This document shows positions 1 to 9,249 of a DNA stretch of 64,000 nt, piece by piece. The notes under the pieces are model-generated. The model did not search any database and had not been told where the DNA came from. It saw nothing but the letters and a program-made list of their open reading frames with translations. The position numbers and the translations under genes are program-made. The DNA is from an uncultured Gemmatimonadales bacterium. Lineage in GTDB: Bacteria; Gemmatimonadota; Gemmatimonadetes; Longimicrobiales; RSA9. Each line of letters opens with the position of its first letter. The first letter of the stretch is position 1. Where the stretch lies: positions 32,001 to 96,000 of the forward strand of contig CAVUKA010000003.1 in NCBI GenBank assembly GCA_963741945.1, given 5' to 3'.

Positions 1-923
1 GTGGCGAACTCGCGGTTCCACGCCGCGCGGCCGCCGATCCAGCCGATGTCGGCGTGGTAGCGGCCGTCGATGTTCAGGGTGGTGGCGCCGTTGTAGCCGG
101 GGAGGAGGCTGGTGAGCCCCTGCCCCAGCACGGAAATCCCGCCGGCGCCCTCCGCCCTGTCCCGGAGGTACCAGGCGTCGAGGCCGAGCTCGAGGTGCGG
201 CGAGACGCGGGAGTCCACGTCGCCCATGAGGAGGATGACGTCGTCATCGCGGGCGATGAGGTTCTCCCACAACTGGTAAGCGCCCACGCGTCCGCGTACA
301 CCCGGCCGCAGCGACCCGAAGACGTTCACGCCCACGGCGTTGGTGCCCCAGAACGCGAGCTTGTAGCCGCTGGTCTGGGCGGTGGTGAGCGTGATGTTGT
401 GCGGGTCGTACGTGTTGTCGTACAGCCGCTGCATCCCGATCACCGCGTTCCACGGCGCGTTCTTCGGGTGCAGGTCCACGTTGGCCATCAGCGTCTGGAG
501 ATTGACCTGCGCGACGTTGATGGAGCCGCCCCGGTTCCCGCCCACGCCGTACGCCTGGTCGCCCCAGGTGTAGTCGATCTTGAACATGAGCCGGAACGTG
601 GCGAGCCCGTCCAGGATGGCCGGGCGATAGATCAGGTAGGGGACGAAGCGCTGCTCCACGTACTGCGCCGTCCGGGCCACTGTCTCGGTGGAGTTGGGCC
701 CGAACAATCGCCCGATCACCTGCCCCTGCAGGAGGTCGTTGGTGGGCGTCACGTTGGAAGCCGTGGCGCGGGTGAATGAGTAGCCGATGAACGTCCACTC
801 CTTCGGAACCGAATCCCTCGCCGCCGCGACCGTGTCCATGGCCGCGTGCAGCCCCGTGATCTGCGCGCCCGCTCCCGTTGCGCAGCCCAGCGCGAGCGCT
901 GCGGCCGTCATCACCCGTCTCAT
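1..923 (-). CDS. Secreted, probable outer-membrane beta-barrel/porin-like protein (3' end outside window)
   Basis: Not in the ORF track because there is no stop in the window. Manual translation MRRVMTAAALALGCATGAGA-QITGLH...EWTFIGYSFTRATASN...FRLMFKIDYTWGDQAYG...LELGLDAWYLRD is open to base 1. It has a signal peptide, a GAAGGAG RBS and aromatic-rich amphipathic strands. Confidence 0.7.
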   Translation of the reverse strand, partial: MRRVMTAAALALGCATGAGAQITGLHAAMDTVAAARDSVPKEWTFIGYSFTRATASNVTPTNDLLQGQVIGRLFGPNSTETVARTAQYVEQRFVPYLIYRPAILDGLATFRLMFKIDYTWGDQAYGVGGNRGGSINVAQVNLQTLMANVDLHPKNAPWNAVIGMQRLYDNTYDPHNITLTTAQTSGYKLAFWGTNAVGVNVFGSLRPGVRGRVGAYQLWENLIARDDDVILLMGDVDSRVSPHLELGLDAWYLRDRAEGAGGISVLGQGLTSLLPGYNGATTLNIDGRYHADIGWIGGRAAWNREFA

Positions 924-957
924 GTGCCGGCTCCTTCGTCAGGCCCGGGGAGAACGA

Positions 958-980
958 GGAGCCGGCCCCGCGCCGGCTCC
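958..980 (-). terminator. Intergenic hairpin (weak terminator or mRNA stabiliser)
   Basis: GGAGCCGGC-5 nt-GCCGGCTCC between the lipoprotein and OMP genes; only a weak U-tract (TCGTTCT) on the minus strand. Confidence 0.4.
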
Positions 981-993
981 CCTTCGCCTCGAA

Positions 994-1506
994 TCAGTTC
1001 CTGCGATCGTAGTTCTGGGTCCAGTACGGGCCGGTGGGATTCCCGCCGACCGTGGTGCTGCCGAAACCGCCGGAGACGGTGGGCGGATTCACGCCCGCGA
1101 GCGCCGGCTCCACCTGGATGACCTCATACTTCATCGTGTTGCCGCTCACCTGGAAGATCCCCTCGGACGTCACGGCCGTGGGGGTGGCCTGATTCGCCGT
1201 GATCGACCGGACCTGCCCCTCCGGCTGCGTGCCGGCCACGTAGGTGCCCGTGAGGGTGATCGGCTGAGCCGTGCCGCCATAATACTGGACCACCGTGTAC
1301 GTTCCGTTCTCGTTGAACGTGGCGATGATGCTGTCCGTGAAGAACGGGCTCGCGGCCAGACCCGGCGCCACGTCGGCGCCCTTGGAGACCCACGTGCCCA
1401 CCAGTTCGTCCACCTGGTTCTCGTTGCCCGTGGAGTCCTCGCTCCCGCACGCCGCCACACCGAGGCCGGCCACCACCAGCAACGCCAGAATTGCCTTCTT
1501 CCTCAT
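994..1506 (-). CDS. Lipoprotein, beta-rich (lipocalin-like start LVGTWVS)
   Basis: Signal MRKKAILALLVVAGLGVAA-C lipobox; GGAGGAG RBS. Confidence 0.8.
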   Translation of the reverse strand: MRKKAILALLVVAGLGVAACGSEDSTGNENQVDELVGTWVSKGADVAPGLAASPFFTDSIIATFNENGTYTVVQYYGGTAQPITLTGTYVAGTQPEGQVRSITANQATPTAVTSEGIFQVSGNTMKYEVIQVEPALAGVNPPTVSGGFGSTTVGGNPTGPYWTQNYDRRN

Positions 1507-1561
1507 TTGGCTCCTCCCATGGTTTGATATCCGGCGACGGCGTGCGCCGACGCCCCTCGAC

Positions 1562-1990
1562 TCACGTCTTTCGTGGCATGACCACCGACTCCCCCTCCGC
1601 CACCACCTTCCCGTCCTGGTTCACGCAGCGCGTAGCCAGCGTGACCCGGTTCTTCTCCCGGTCCAGCGCCGTGACCTCCGCGCGCGCGGTCACCGTGTCG
1701 CCGAACATCACCGGCGCCGTGAACCGGAGGCTCTGCGAGACGTAGATGACGCCGGGCCCCGGCAGCTTCATCCCGATCACCGTGGAGATGAACGCAGCCG
1801 TGAGGATCCCGTGGGCGATGCGCTGGCCGAAGCGCGACTGCGCCGCGGCCACCGCGTCCACGTGGACGGGGTTGAAGTCGCCCGTGATCCCGGCGAACCC
1901 GTACACGTCGCTCTCCGAGACCGTCTTCGTGAACTCCGCCGCCTGCCCCACCTCCAGCTCGCCGATGGTGAGGCCGTTCATCCGATCCAT
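1562..1990 (-). CDS. MaoC family (R)-specific enoyl-CoA hydratase (PhaJ-like)
   Basis: Hydratase motif FAGITGDFNPVHVD...FGQRIAHG and PGPGVIYVSQSLRFTAPV; start taken at MDRMNG. Confidence 0.9.
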   Translation of the reverse strand: MDRMNGLTIGELEVGQAAEFTKTVSESDVYGFAGITGDFNPVHVDAVAAAQSRFGQRIAHGILTAAFISTVIGMKLPGPGVIYVSQSLRFTAPVMFGDTVTARAEVTALDREKNRVTLATRCVNQDGKVVAEGESVVMPRKT

Positions 1991-1992
1991 GC

Positions 1993-3528
1993 TCACCCCC
2001 TTCCTGCGTCCGCGCGCGCCCGCTCGCGCAACGCCTTCTTCAGCACCTTGCCGCTGTCCCCGCGGGGCAGCTCGTCCAGGAACTCCACCTGCTTCGGCAT
2101 CTTGTACTTCGCCAGCTGACCCGCGCAGTACTCGACCACCTCTTCGGCGGTGAGCGACGACCCGGGCTCCACCACCACGTACGCCCGCCCGACCTCGCCC
2201 CACTTCGCGTCCGGCACCCCGATCACCGCCACTTCGCGGATGGCGGGGTGCGTGCGGAGGAATTGCTCCACCTCGGCCGGGTAGACGTTCTCCCCGCCGC
2301 TCTTGTACATGTCCTTCTTCCGGTCCACGACGTAGAAGAAGCCCTCGGCGTCGCGGCGGACCAGGTCGCCGGTGTGGAACCAGCCGTCGCGGATGGCGTC
2401 GGCGGTGGCTTCCGGGTTCCGCCAGTAGCCGGGCGTGCAGACGGGGCCGCGGAGCACCAGCTCGCCCACCCGGTCGTCGCCCAGCGGACGGTCGTCGTCA
2501 TCCACGACGCGGGCGTCGACGTAGAAGTTGGGGAAGCCGATGGAGCCGATCTTCCGCTCGGCGTGCTCCTCGTTCAGGCTGAACACGTTGGGCCCGAACT
2601 CCGTGAGACCGTAGCCCTGGCGGATCGGGACGCCCCGGCCGTGCCAGAGCCGGATCAGCTCCAGCGGCATCGGCTCGCCCCCCACGATGGCGTAGCGCAC
2701 GCGGGCGAAGTCCGTGGCGTCGAACTTGGGCGAGCGGCGCAGCATCTCCATGATCGTGGGGAGCCCGAAGAGGATGGTGACGCCCTCGTCGTCCACCAGC
2801 TCCAGGACCCGGTCCGCGTCGAACTTCGGCAGCAGGATCAGCTTCCCGCCCCGGTGCAGGAACGGCGTGGTGAGGACGTTCCAGCCGCCCGTGTGGAAGA
2901 ACGGCGTGTACGTCAGCGTGACGTCGCTCTGCACCAGGTTCAGCCGGAGCGTGGTGTTCACGCTGTTCCAGAAGAGCATGCCGTTCGTGATGAGCGCGCC
3001 CTTCGGCTTGCCCGTGGTGCCGGACGTGTAGAGCAGCATGCACGGCGTGTCGAAGTCGCCGGGCACCGGCACGGGCTCCGCCGGCAGCGTCTCGTCGGCC
3101 ACGCTCGCGGCCCAGCCGCCGTCGCCTTCGAACGGGAGCCGGCGGGACGGGAGCGCGGCGTCGGCGATGGCGGCCACCACGCCGTCGTACTGGCGCTGGT
3201 GGATCAGCGCGGCGGGCTCCGCGTCGGCGAGGATCCACTCCAGCTCCCGGGGCGCGAGCCGATAGTTCAGCGGCAGGAGGATGGCGCCGAGCTTCTGACA
3301 GGCGAAGAGGAGCAGCACGTACTCCGGCTCGTTCATGGACAGCACGGCCAGCCGGTCCCCCTCGCCCACGCCGAGCTCGTCCGCCAGGAAGCGCGCGCCG
3401 CGGTCGATCATCCGGCGGCACTGGGCGTACGTGAAGCGCCGGCCCGTGGCGTCATCCTGGAGCGCGACGGCGTCGGGGCTGTACTCCGCCCACTTCTCGA
3501 ACCAGTCCACTCGCGAATCGATCTCCAT
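1993..3528 (-). CDS. Acyl-CoA ligase (AMP-binding family)
   Basis: YTSGTTGKPKG, QGYGLTE, GWFHTGD and SGGENVYPAEVE motifs. Confidence 0.92.
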   Translation of the reverse strand: MEIDSRVDWFEKWAEYSPDAVALQDDATGRRFTYAQCRRMIDRGARFLADELGVGEGDRLAVLSMNEPEYVLLLFACQKLGAILLPLNYRLAPRELEWILADAEPAALIHQRQYDGVVAAIADAALPSRRLPFEGDGGWAASVADETLPAEPVPVPGDFDTPCMLLYTSGTTGKPKGALITNGMLFWNSVNTTLRLNLVQSDVTLTYTPFFHTGGWNVLTTPFLHRGGKLILLPKFDADRVLELVDDEGVTILFGLPTIMEMLRRSPKFDATDFARVRYAIVGGEPMPLELIRLWHGRGVPIRQGYGLTEFGPNVFSLNEEHAERKIGSIGFPNFYVDARVVDDDDRPLGDDRVGELVLRGPVCTPGYWRNPEATADAIRDGWFHTGDLVRRDAEGFFYVVDRKKDMYKSGGENVYPAEVEQFLRTHPAIREVAVIGVPDAKWGEVGRAYVVVEPGSSLTAEEVVEYCAGQLAKYKMPKQVEFLDELPRGDSGKVLKKALRERARADAGRG

Positions 3529-3540
3529 GCTCCCCTCTCC

Positions 3541-5088
3541 CTACGACGACGCGCCGGGCGACGACGGGCCGGCCGACCCGGTCGCCCCGGCCGCGACCAC
3601 GGCGGGCGCGCCCTCACCCGAGCCGACGCCCGCCCCGCCCGGCCCCACCACCAGCCCGATCCCCCCCACCACCAGCGACGCCGCAATGGCGCACGTGGCG
3701 GGCACGGCCGGGTTGTTGTGGTACATGGTCACCTGGCCGTAGTACATGCCGAAGTGCACCACGATGGCCGTGGCCGAAGCCGCCCAGATCCACCCTTTCG
3801 CCATGCTCTTCGTGAAGATGCCGAGGAGGATCGGGACGAACGTGGCCGCGAACAGGCCGTAGACGCCGTTCTGCGCGAAGATCGCCACGCTGAGCGACGG
3901 CGCCACGATCTGCTTCCACGACAGCGCCACGGTCACGGGCGCCAGCGCGATGAGGAACCAGCGGGCGTAGACCAGCGAGCGCGCTTTCCACGCCGGGTCG
4001 TCGCGCCGGCCGCCGCCGGTGAGGTGGCGGAGGAAGTCGTTGGCGAAGATGGAGCTGAGCGCCACCAGGATCGCTTCCATGGTGGAGAAGCCCGCCGCCA
4101 GGAGCCCGAGCACCACCACGGCGCGGGTGAACGAGCTGAACTCCGTCACCATGTACGTGGCCATGACGGTGTCGGGGGGGATCGTTTCGCCCGCGAACGT
4201 GAGGCGCGCGAACAGTCCCGTGACGAGCACCGCGAAGAAGAGCCCGGCCACCACCATGGCCGTGGCCAGGTAGCGGTTCACGTCCTTCTCGCTCCGCAGG
4301 TAGAGCGACTTGGAGATGATGTGCGGCTGCAGGATGATGGCGAGCCCCACCACGAAATTGGCCACGAACACTTCGAACCAGTCGCGGAAGAGCAGGCTGG
4401 TGGGGTTCACCGGGTCCGCGTAGTGCGGGCCGACGGCGGCGAGGCGCTGGAAGAAGCCGCTGATGCCGTGGTCGAAGAATTTCGCCCCGGACCCGAGGAA
4501 GAGCAGCGCCACCACGATCATGATGCCGGCCTGCATGGTGTTCGTGAGCACGTGCGTGCCCGCGCCGCCGAGCAGGATGTACGTGAACGTGAACGCCACC
4601 ACCGAGAGGAGCGCCACCCAGGTGGGGAGCGCCAGCGCCTGCGCCAGGACGAGCGTGAGGCCCACCACGATCAACACCAGGAAGCTGACCTGGAGCAGGC
4701 TGAGCACGGCGAACCAGACGCTCAGCCGCTTCTCGCCGAAGCGGTCCCCGATCCACTGCGGCACCGTGAGCACGCGCGTCCGGTCCCCGATGCGGCGGAA
4801 GCTCTTCGAGAAGACCACGAGGCCGAGGAACATCCCGAGCGGGGCGGCCACCGCGTAGCCGAGCACGCCAGACCAGCCGTACAGGTAGATGAGGCCCGGG
4901 TTGATGACGAACGTGGCCGCACTGGTCAGGCTCGCCGCCAGGCTCAGGCCCACGGCCACCGGGCTCACCTGACGCGACCCCACCGAATAGCTCTCCATGG
5001 TGGACGCGCGCCGCGCGCGCCACGCGATGCCGGCCACGAAGACCCCGTAGACCGCAACCAGCACCCACGACCAGAACGATTCGCTCAT
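3541..5088 (-). CDS. Sodium:solute symporter (SSS family)
   Basis: Many TM helices; SLAASLTSAATF, IGDRFG, ILQPHIISK, LLAAGFSTME; ATGA overlap with the upstream gene. Confidence 0.88.
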   Translation of the reverse strand: MSESFWSWVLVAVYGVFVAGIAWRARRASTMESYSVGSRQVSPVAVGLSLAASLTSAATFVINPGLIYLYGWSGVLGYAVAAPLGMFLGLVVFSKSFRRIGDRTRVLTVPQWIGDRFGEKRLSVWFAVLSLLQVSFLVLIVVGLTLVLAQALALPTWVALLSVVAFTFTYILLGGAGTHVLTNTMQAGIMIVVALLFLGSGAKFFDHGISGFFQRLAAVGPHYADPVNPTSLLFRDWFEVFVANFVVGLAIILQPHIISKSLYLRSEKDVNRYLATAMVVAGLFFAVLVTGLFARLTFAGETIPPDTVMATYMVTEFSSFTRAVVVLGLLAAGFSTMEAILVALSSIFANDFLRHLTGGGRRDDPAWKARSLVYARWFLIALAPVTVALSWKQIVAPSLSVAIFAQNGVYGLFAATFVPILLGIFTKSMAKGWIWAASATAIVVHFGMYYGQVTMYHNNPAVPATCAIAASLVVGGIGLVVGPGGAGVGSGEGAPAVVAAGATGSAGPSSPGASS

Positions 5089-6125
5089 GTGTCGTAGCCC
5101 CATTCCAGGGCCAGGGCGGCCATGGCCATTCCGCCGCCCGAGCCCATGAGCACCACCAGGTCGCCCGCCTTCAGCAGGTGGCGGTCGGCGGCATCCGCCA
5201 TGGCCATGGGGATGCACGCGCTCCCCGTGTACGCGAACCGGTCCATCACGTTGTGCGAACGGTCCCGCGGCACGCCCAGGATGTCCAGCGTCTCGTTGAT
5301 GCTGTTGATGTTGATCTGCGTGAAGAAGTAGCGGGCGACGTCGCCCGGCTCTTTCCCGATCTTCCCCAGCACGCTCCGGATCAGACGCGGCCAGTGCGTC
5401 GGGTTCGTCTCCGCCGGGAACTTCTTCGCGAAGCGCAGCAGGTGGTCCTTCCGCTCCAGCGCTTCCGGCGTCACGGGCATGAACGTGCCGCCGGCGTAGA
5501 TGCCCATGTAGTCGTGGAACGAGCCCTCGGCGTACAGCTCACTGGCCAGGATACCCGCGCCGGGGCGCGCGCCCCGCTCCCGGTCGGAGGCGGAGCCCAC
5601 GGCGCTCACCACGGCCGCGCCGGCGCCATCGGCGAACAGCGTGGCGAGCTTGTAGTCGTCGAAATCGAGGTACTTGCTCATGCCATACGCCCCGGCAATG
5701 AGCACGTGCCGGTACGATGCGTCCGCCACGATGTACTTCCACGCCAGGTCCGCGATGGTGACGAAACCCGCGCACGCCGTGTTCACATCGAACGTGCCCG
5801 CGTTGACGGCGCCCAGCTTGTGCTGCACCACCGAGGCCGTGGACGGCGAGATGTAGTCCGGCGTGTCCGTGGCCACCACCAGCAGATCCAGCTCCGCCGG
5901 CCCGATCCCCGCTTCCTCCAGCGCGTCCCGCGCCGCCGGCACCACCAGGTCCGACGTGGCCTGGTCCGCCGCCATGAAATGCCGCGTCTCGATGTTCCGG
6001 TTCGCCCGCAGGAACGCGTCCACGTCCATCCCGTAGCGCGCGTTGAACTCCACGTTCGGGATCGCCCGACCCGGGGCGCACAGGCCCGTCCCCGTCAACA
6101 CCGCGCGTCTCGTGCTCTCGCTCAT
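5085..6125 (-). CDS. FabH/KAS III-like enzyme with non-canonical active site
   Basis: ATDTPDYISPSTAS, FDVNTACAGF (catalytic Cys), LFADGAGAAVV; TQIN replaces HQAN and AYTGSAC replaces GNTSAAS. Confidence 0.88.
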   Translation of the reverse strand: MSESTRRAVLTGTGLCAPGRAIPNVEFNARYGMDVDAFLRANRNIETRHFMAADQATSDLVVPAARDALEEAGIGPAELDLLVVATDTPDYISPSTASVVQHKLGAVNAGTFDVNTACAGFVTIADLAWKYIVADASYRHVLIAGAYGMSKYLDFDDYKLATLFADGAGAAVVSAVGSASDRERGARPGAGILASELYAEGSFHDYMGIYAGGTFMPVTPEALERKDHLLRFAKKFPAETNPTHWPRLIRSVLGKIGKEPGDVARYFFTQININSINETLDILGVPRDRSHNVMDRFAYTGSACIPMAMADAADRHLLKAGDLVVLMGSGGGMAMAALALEWGYDT

Positions 6126-6132
6126 GCCCCGC

Positions 6133-6741
6133 TCACTCCGCATCCGGACGGAGCCGCAGCCCGTCATGGATGAACTTCCTCAGGCTCTCCAGCGCTTCCT
6201 CCGGCGGCTCACGGTCGTCCCACACCACCCACCGCATCCCCATGAAGTGCGCCGCCCCCATCAGCGCGTACGCCACCGTCGCCGGATCCAGGCGACGGAT
6301 CTCACCCGCCTCCATCGCCGCGCCCAGCCCCTTCGCGTACCCCTCCGCCAGCCGCTCGTAGTACCAGCGGAAAAGATCCGGGTCGATGAACTGGCTCTCG
6401 AACACGATCCGGTACAGGTCCCGGTGCTCCGACGCGAAGCGCAGGAAGCTCCGCAGACCCGCCTCCTCCACCGCCAACCGCCCCACCACGCCCGCCACGT
6501 CACGGGCAATGGCGAGACGGAGGCGATGGCTCAGAGAGCGCACCAGCTCGCTGAATACCTCGTCCTTGCCGTGGAAGTAGAGGTAGAACGTGCCCTGCCC
6601 CACCCCGGCCTGCGTCGTGATCCCCGCCACCGACGTGGCGTGGTAGCCGGCGCTCCCGAACAGCGCCTCCGCGGCGTCCAGCAGCTTCTGCCGCGTCGCT
6701 TCGCCGCGCGCCGTCCGGGGTTTCCGTGAGGCCCTGATCAT
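6133..6741 (-). CDS. TetR/AcrR family regulator
   Basis: N-terminal HTH TRQKLLDAAEALF...GYHATSVAGITTQAGVGQGTFYLYF. Confidence 0.93.
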   Translation of the reverse strand: MIRASRKPRTARGEATRQKLLDAAEALFGSAGYHATSVAGITTQAGVGQGTFYLYFHGKDEVFSELVRSLSHRLRLAIARDVAGVVGRLAVEEAGLRSFLRFASEHRDLYRIVFESQFIDPDLFRWYYERLAEGYAKGLGAAMEAGEIRRLDPATVAYALMGAAHFMGMRWVVWDDREPPEEALESLRKFIHDGLRLRPDAE

Positions 6742-6781
6742 GGGCTCTGGCCCTCCATTCGTGGCAGACCGGGCACCGCGT

Positions 6782-6839
6782 ACCTGACACCTGAATCGGG
6801 TGTCAGGTTAATGGTGCGCGGTACCCCGGACGATGTCAA
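6782..6839 (-). promoter_or_regulatory. Sigma-70-type promoter followed by a palindromic operator (putative TetR site)
   Basis: Minus strand TTGACA (6839-6834)-17 nt-CACCAT (6816-6811), then ACCTGACACC-7 nt-GGTGTCAGGT (6782-6808). Confidence 0.7.
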
Positions 6840-7006
6840 TGCCCGCGCCGGCGGAAGCGGTGCCGTGATGCGCTGCCGGGGCGGGAGGAAGGCGAGCCGC
6901 CCGAGGGCACTTTTGACCCGGTGGGGGCGGGCGGGTACTCTCCGGAATGCGACACATCCGACTCGCCGCCGAGGATCACCACCGCAAGGAACTGGACGCG
7001 ACGACG

Positions 7007-8095
7007 ATGCCGAGACGCCCATCCGGGGGAAGCCGATCCCCTGCCCTTTCGGTGCTGGCGGGCCCCGACGCCCTCCGGATCCTGCGCGATCGCGGTCTGC
7101 GCGCGGAAGACGTGGACGTGGTGCCGGGTGCGGGCGGCGGCCCGAAGTGGCTGGTGCTGGAGGCGCTGGACCGCTTTCTCTTCGGCGAGTTCCTGCAGCA
7201 ACCGCGCGAGCGCCCGCTGCACCTGATCGGCTCCTCGATCGGCGCGTGGCGGCTGGCGTGCCTGGCGCAGCGGGACCCGGTGGCCGCCATCGGCCGGCTG
7301 AAGGATGCGTACCTGGGGCAGGGTTACAACGAGAAGCCGACGCCTGCCGAAGTGAGCGAGGAGAGCACCCGCATCCTGGACCGGCTCCTCGGGGAGCATG
7401 GGGCGGAGGAGATCCTGTCGCACCCATGGGCGCGGCTTCACGTCATCACGGCGGAGTGCCGGGGCGCCGCGGCGAGCGAGTGGCTGCCGATGCTGGGGCT
7501 GGCCATGGCCACGGCCGCCGCGGCGAACATGGTCAGCCGCCGGGGGCTCGCGCTCCAGATCCGACGCGTGATCTTCCACACTGCGGGGGACGCCAGCCCT
7601 TTCCGCGCGCTGCGGGACTTCCCCACTCGCCACGTCCGCCTCACCCGGGGCAATCTGCGCCCGGCGCTTCTCGCGTCGGGCTCCATTCCCCTCGTGCTGG
7701 AGGGCGTGCGGATCCCGGGCGCGGAGCGGACGGTGTACCGCGACGGCGGGATCGTGGATTACCACCCCGACTTCGAATTCGGGCCGGGCGAAGGGCTGGT
7801 CCTCTATCCCCATTTCTTCCGCCACATCGTGCCGGGCTGGTTCGACAAGGCGCTGCCCTGGCGACGCGGCCACCCGCGCAACTTCCGGCGCGCCGTGATC
7901 CTCGCCCCCAGCGCGGATTTCGTGGCGGGTCTGCCGGGCGGGGCGATCCCGGACCGCAAGGACTTCTACCGCATGAGCGAGCCCGAGCGCCTCGCCGCCT
8001 GGAACGCGGCCGTGGACGCCGGCGAAGCGCTGGCCGAGGAGCTCAGGACGCTGATCGAGATGGGCGACATCGCGGGCGCGGCCCGGCCACTCTGA
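7007..8095 (+). CDS. Patatin-like phospholipase family protein
   Basis: GAGGGPKW glycine loop, GSSIG nucleophile elbow, ASGSIP and DGG motifs; start is 6947 or 7007. Confidence 0.85.
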   Translation: MPRRPSGGSRSPALSVLAGPDALRILRDRGLRAEDVDVVPGAGGGPKWLVLEALDRFLFGEFLQQPRERPLHLIGSSIGAWRLACLAQRDPVAAIGRLKDAYLGQGYNEKPTPAEVSEESTRILDRLLGEHGAEEILSHPWARLHVITAECRGAAASEWLPMLGLAMATAAAANMVSRRGLALQIRRVIFHTAGDASPFRALRDFPTRHVRLTRGNLRPALLASGSIPLVLEGVRIPGAERTVYRDGGIVDYHPDFEFGPGEGLVLYPHFFRHIVPGWFDKALPWRRGHPRNFRRAVILAPSADFVAGLPGGAIPDRKDFYRMSEPERLAAWNAAVDAGEALAEELRTLIEMGDIAGAARPL

Positions 8096-8220
8096 AGGTT
8101 TTCCCGCGGGGCGCGCGGGCCATGCCGTCGAGGTTCGTTCGTTCCCGCCGCGGGCGCCGCACACGGCTCGCCGCGGCGGCACTCCGCGAACGGTCCGATT
8201 CTTGACCCGGTCGGCGCACC

Positions 8221-9237
8221 ATGAAAGTGGCAGCGATCCTGAGCCTCATTGCCGGCGTGGGGGCCGTTGCGGGACTGTTCCTGCTCGCCGACCCGGGCCA
8301 CATCTGGTCGCTGATCCAGGACGTCGCCATCTGGCTCGTCCCGCTGGCGATTGCGCATTTCATCTTCATCCTGCTCACCACGCTGGCGTGGCGCAGCCTG
8401 CTGGTCGCCCAGGAGATGGACCGGCCGTTCCACGAGCTGTTCCGCATGCGCTGGATCGGCGACGCGCTTTCCGCGATGACGCCGTTCGGCGTGGCGGACG
8501 GGGAGGCGGTGAGGGCGTACCTGCAGGCGAAGGAGACGGAGCTGGATGGTCCGCGAGTCGCCGCGGTGGTGATCGTCGAGCTGACGGCACGTCTGCTCTC
8601 GCTGGTGCTCTTCATCCTGGTGGGGATGATCCTGCTGGCGCTGCACGGCGGCAAGCACGTCTGGCTCACCACTGGCGGCGCGACGGCACTGCTCATCGTG
8701 GTGCTGGGTGCCTACGTGTACGGGCAGCGTCACGACTGGCTGCACAGGCTTGCGCGGCTGATCGCGCGGAGGAGCAAGAGCGAGCGGTGGCAGGAGCTGG
8801 CCGGCGACACCGATGCCGTGAACGAGCATCTCGAGCCCATCTACCGGGAGCACGGCGCGTTCATCCGCTGCACCGCCTGGCACACGTCGGCCTGGGTGTT
8901 CTCCGCCACGGAGATGCTCTTCCTCTTCTGGATCCTGGGCGAGCCAGTGGGCCCGGTGGAAGCGCTCATCTTCGAGGCCATCGGGCAGGCGGCGAAGAAT
9001 GCAGGCTTCTTTCTCCCCGCCGGGCTGGGCGCGCAGGAGGGCGGCTACTACCTGGCTGCCGAAGCCATCGGGAAGAGCGCGTCCATCGGGCTGGCCGTGG
9101 CCATCATCAAGCGCATCCGCGACTTCATCTTCGGTGTCCCGGCGCTGCTGCTCTGGCAGCAGCACGCGAGGAAGGAGAAGAAGGAGAAGGAGAAGGAGGA
9201 GAAGGAAAGCGCATCGGACCGGGGCGCCACGGCCTGA
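8221..9237 (+). CDS. Lysylphosphatidylglycerol synthase TM-like / flippase-like membrane protein (HpnL-like)
   Basis: Multiple TM helices; [17 protein letters not shown] and [13 protein letters not shown] motifs; K/E-rich tail. Confidence 0.75.
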   Translation: MKVAAILSLIAGVGAVAGLFLLADPGHIWSLIQDVAIWLVPLAIAHFIFILLTTLAWRSLLVAQEMDRPFHELFRMRWIGDALSAMTPFGVADGEAVRAYLQAKETELDGPRVAAVVIVELTARLLSLVLFILVGMILLALHGGKHVWLTTGGATALLIVVLGAYVYGQRHDWLHRLARLIARRSKSERWQELAGDTDAVNEHLEPIYREHGAFIRCTAWHTSAWVFSATEMLFLFWILGEPVGPVEALIFEAIGQAAKNAGFFLPAGLGAQEGGYYLAAEAIGKSASIGLAVAIIKRIRDFIFGVPALLLWQQHARKEKKEKEKEEKESASDRGATA

Positions 9238-9249
9238 GCTTGCCGGCGC

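Noticed and set aside
2248-5097. Long antisense or alternate-frame ORFs (also 39813-42935, 57421-60135, 61413-63476)
   Set aside because: These are shadows of real genes in high-GC DNA, Arg/Pro/Gly-rich and without motifs.
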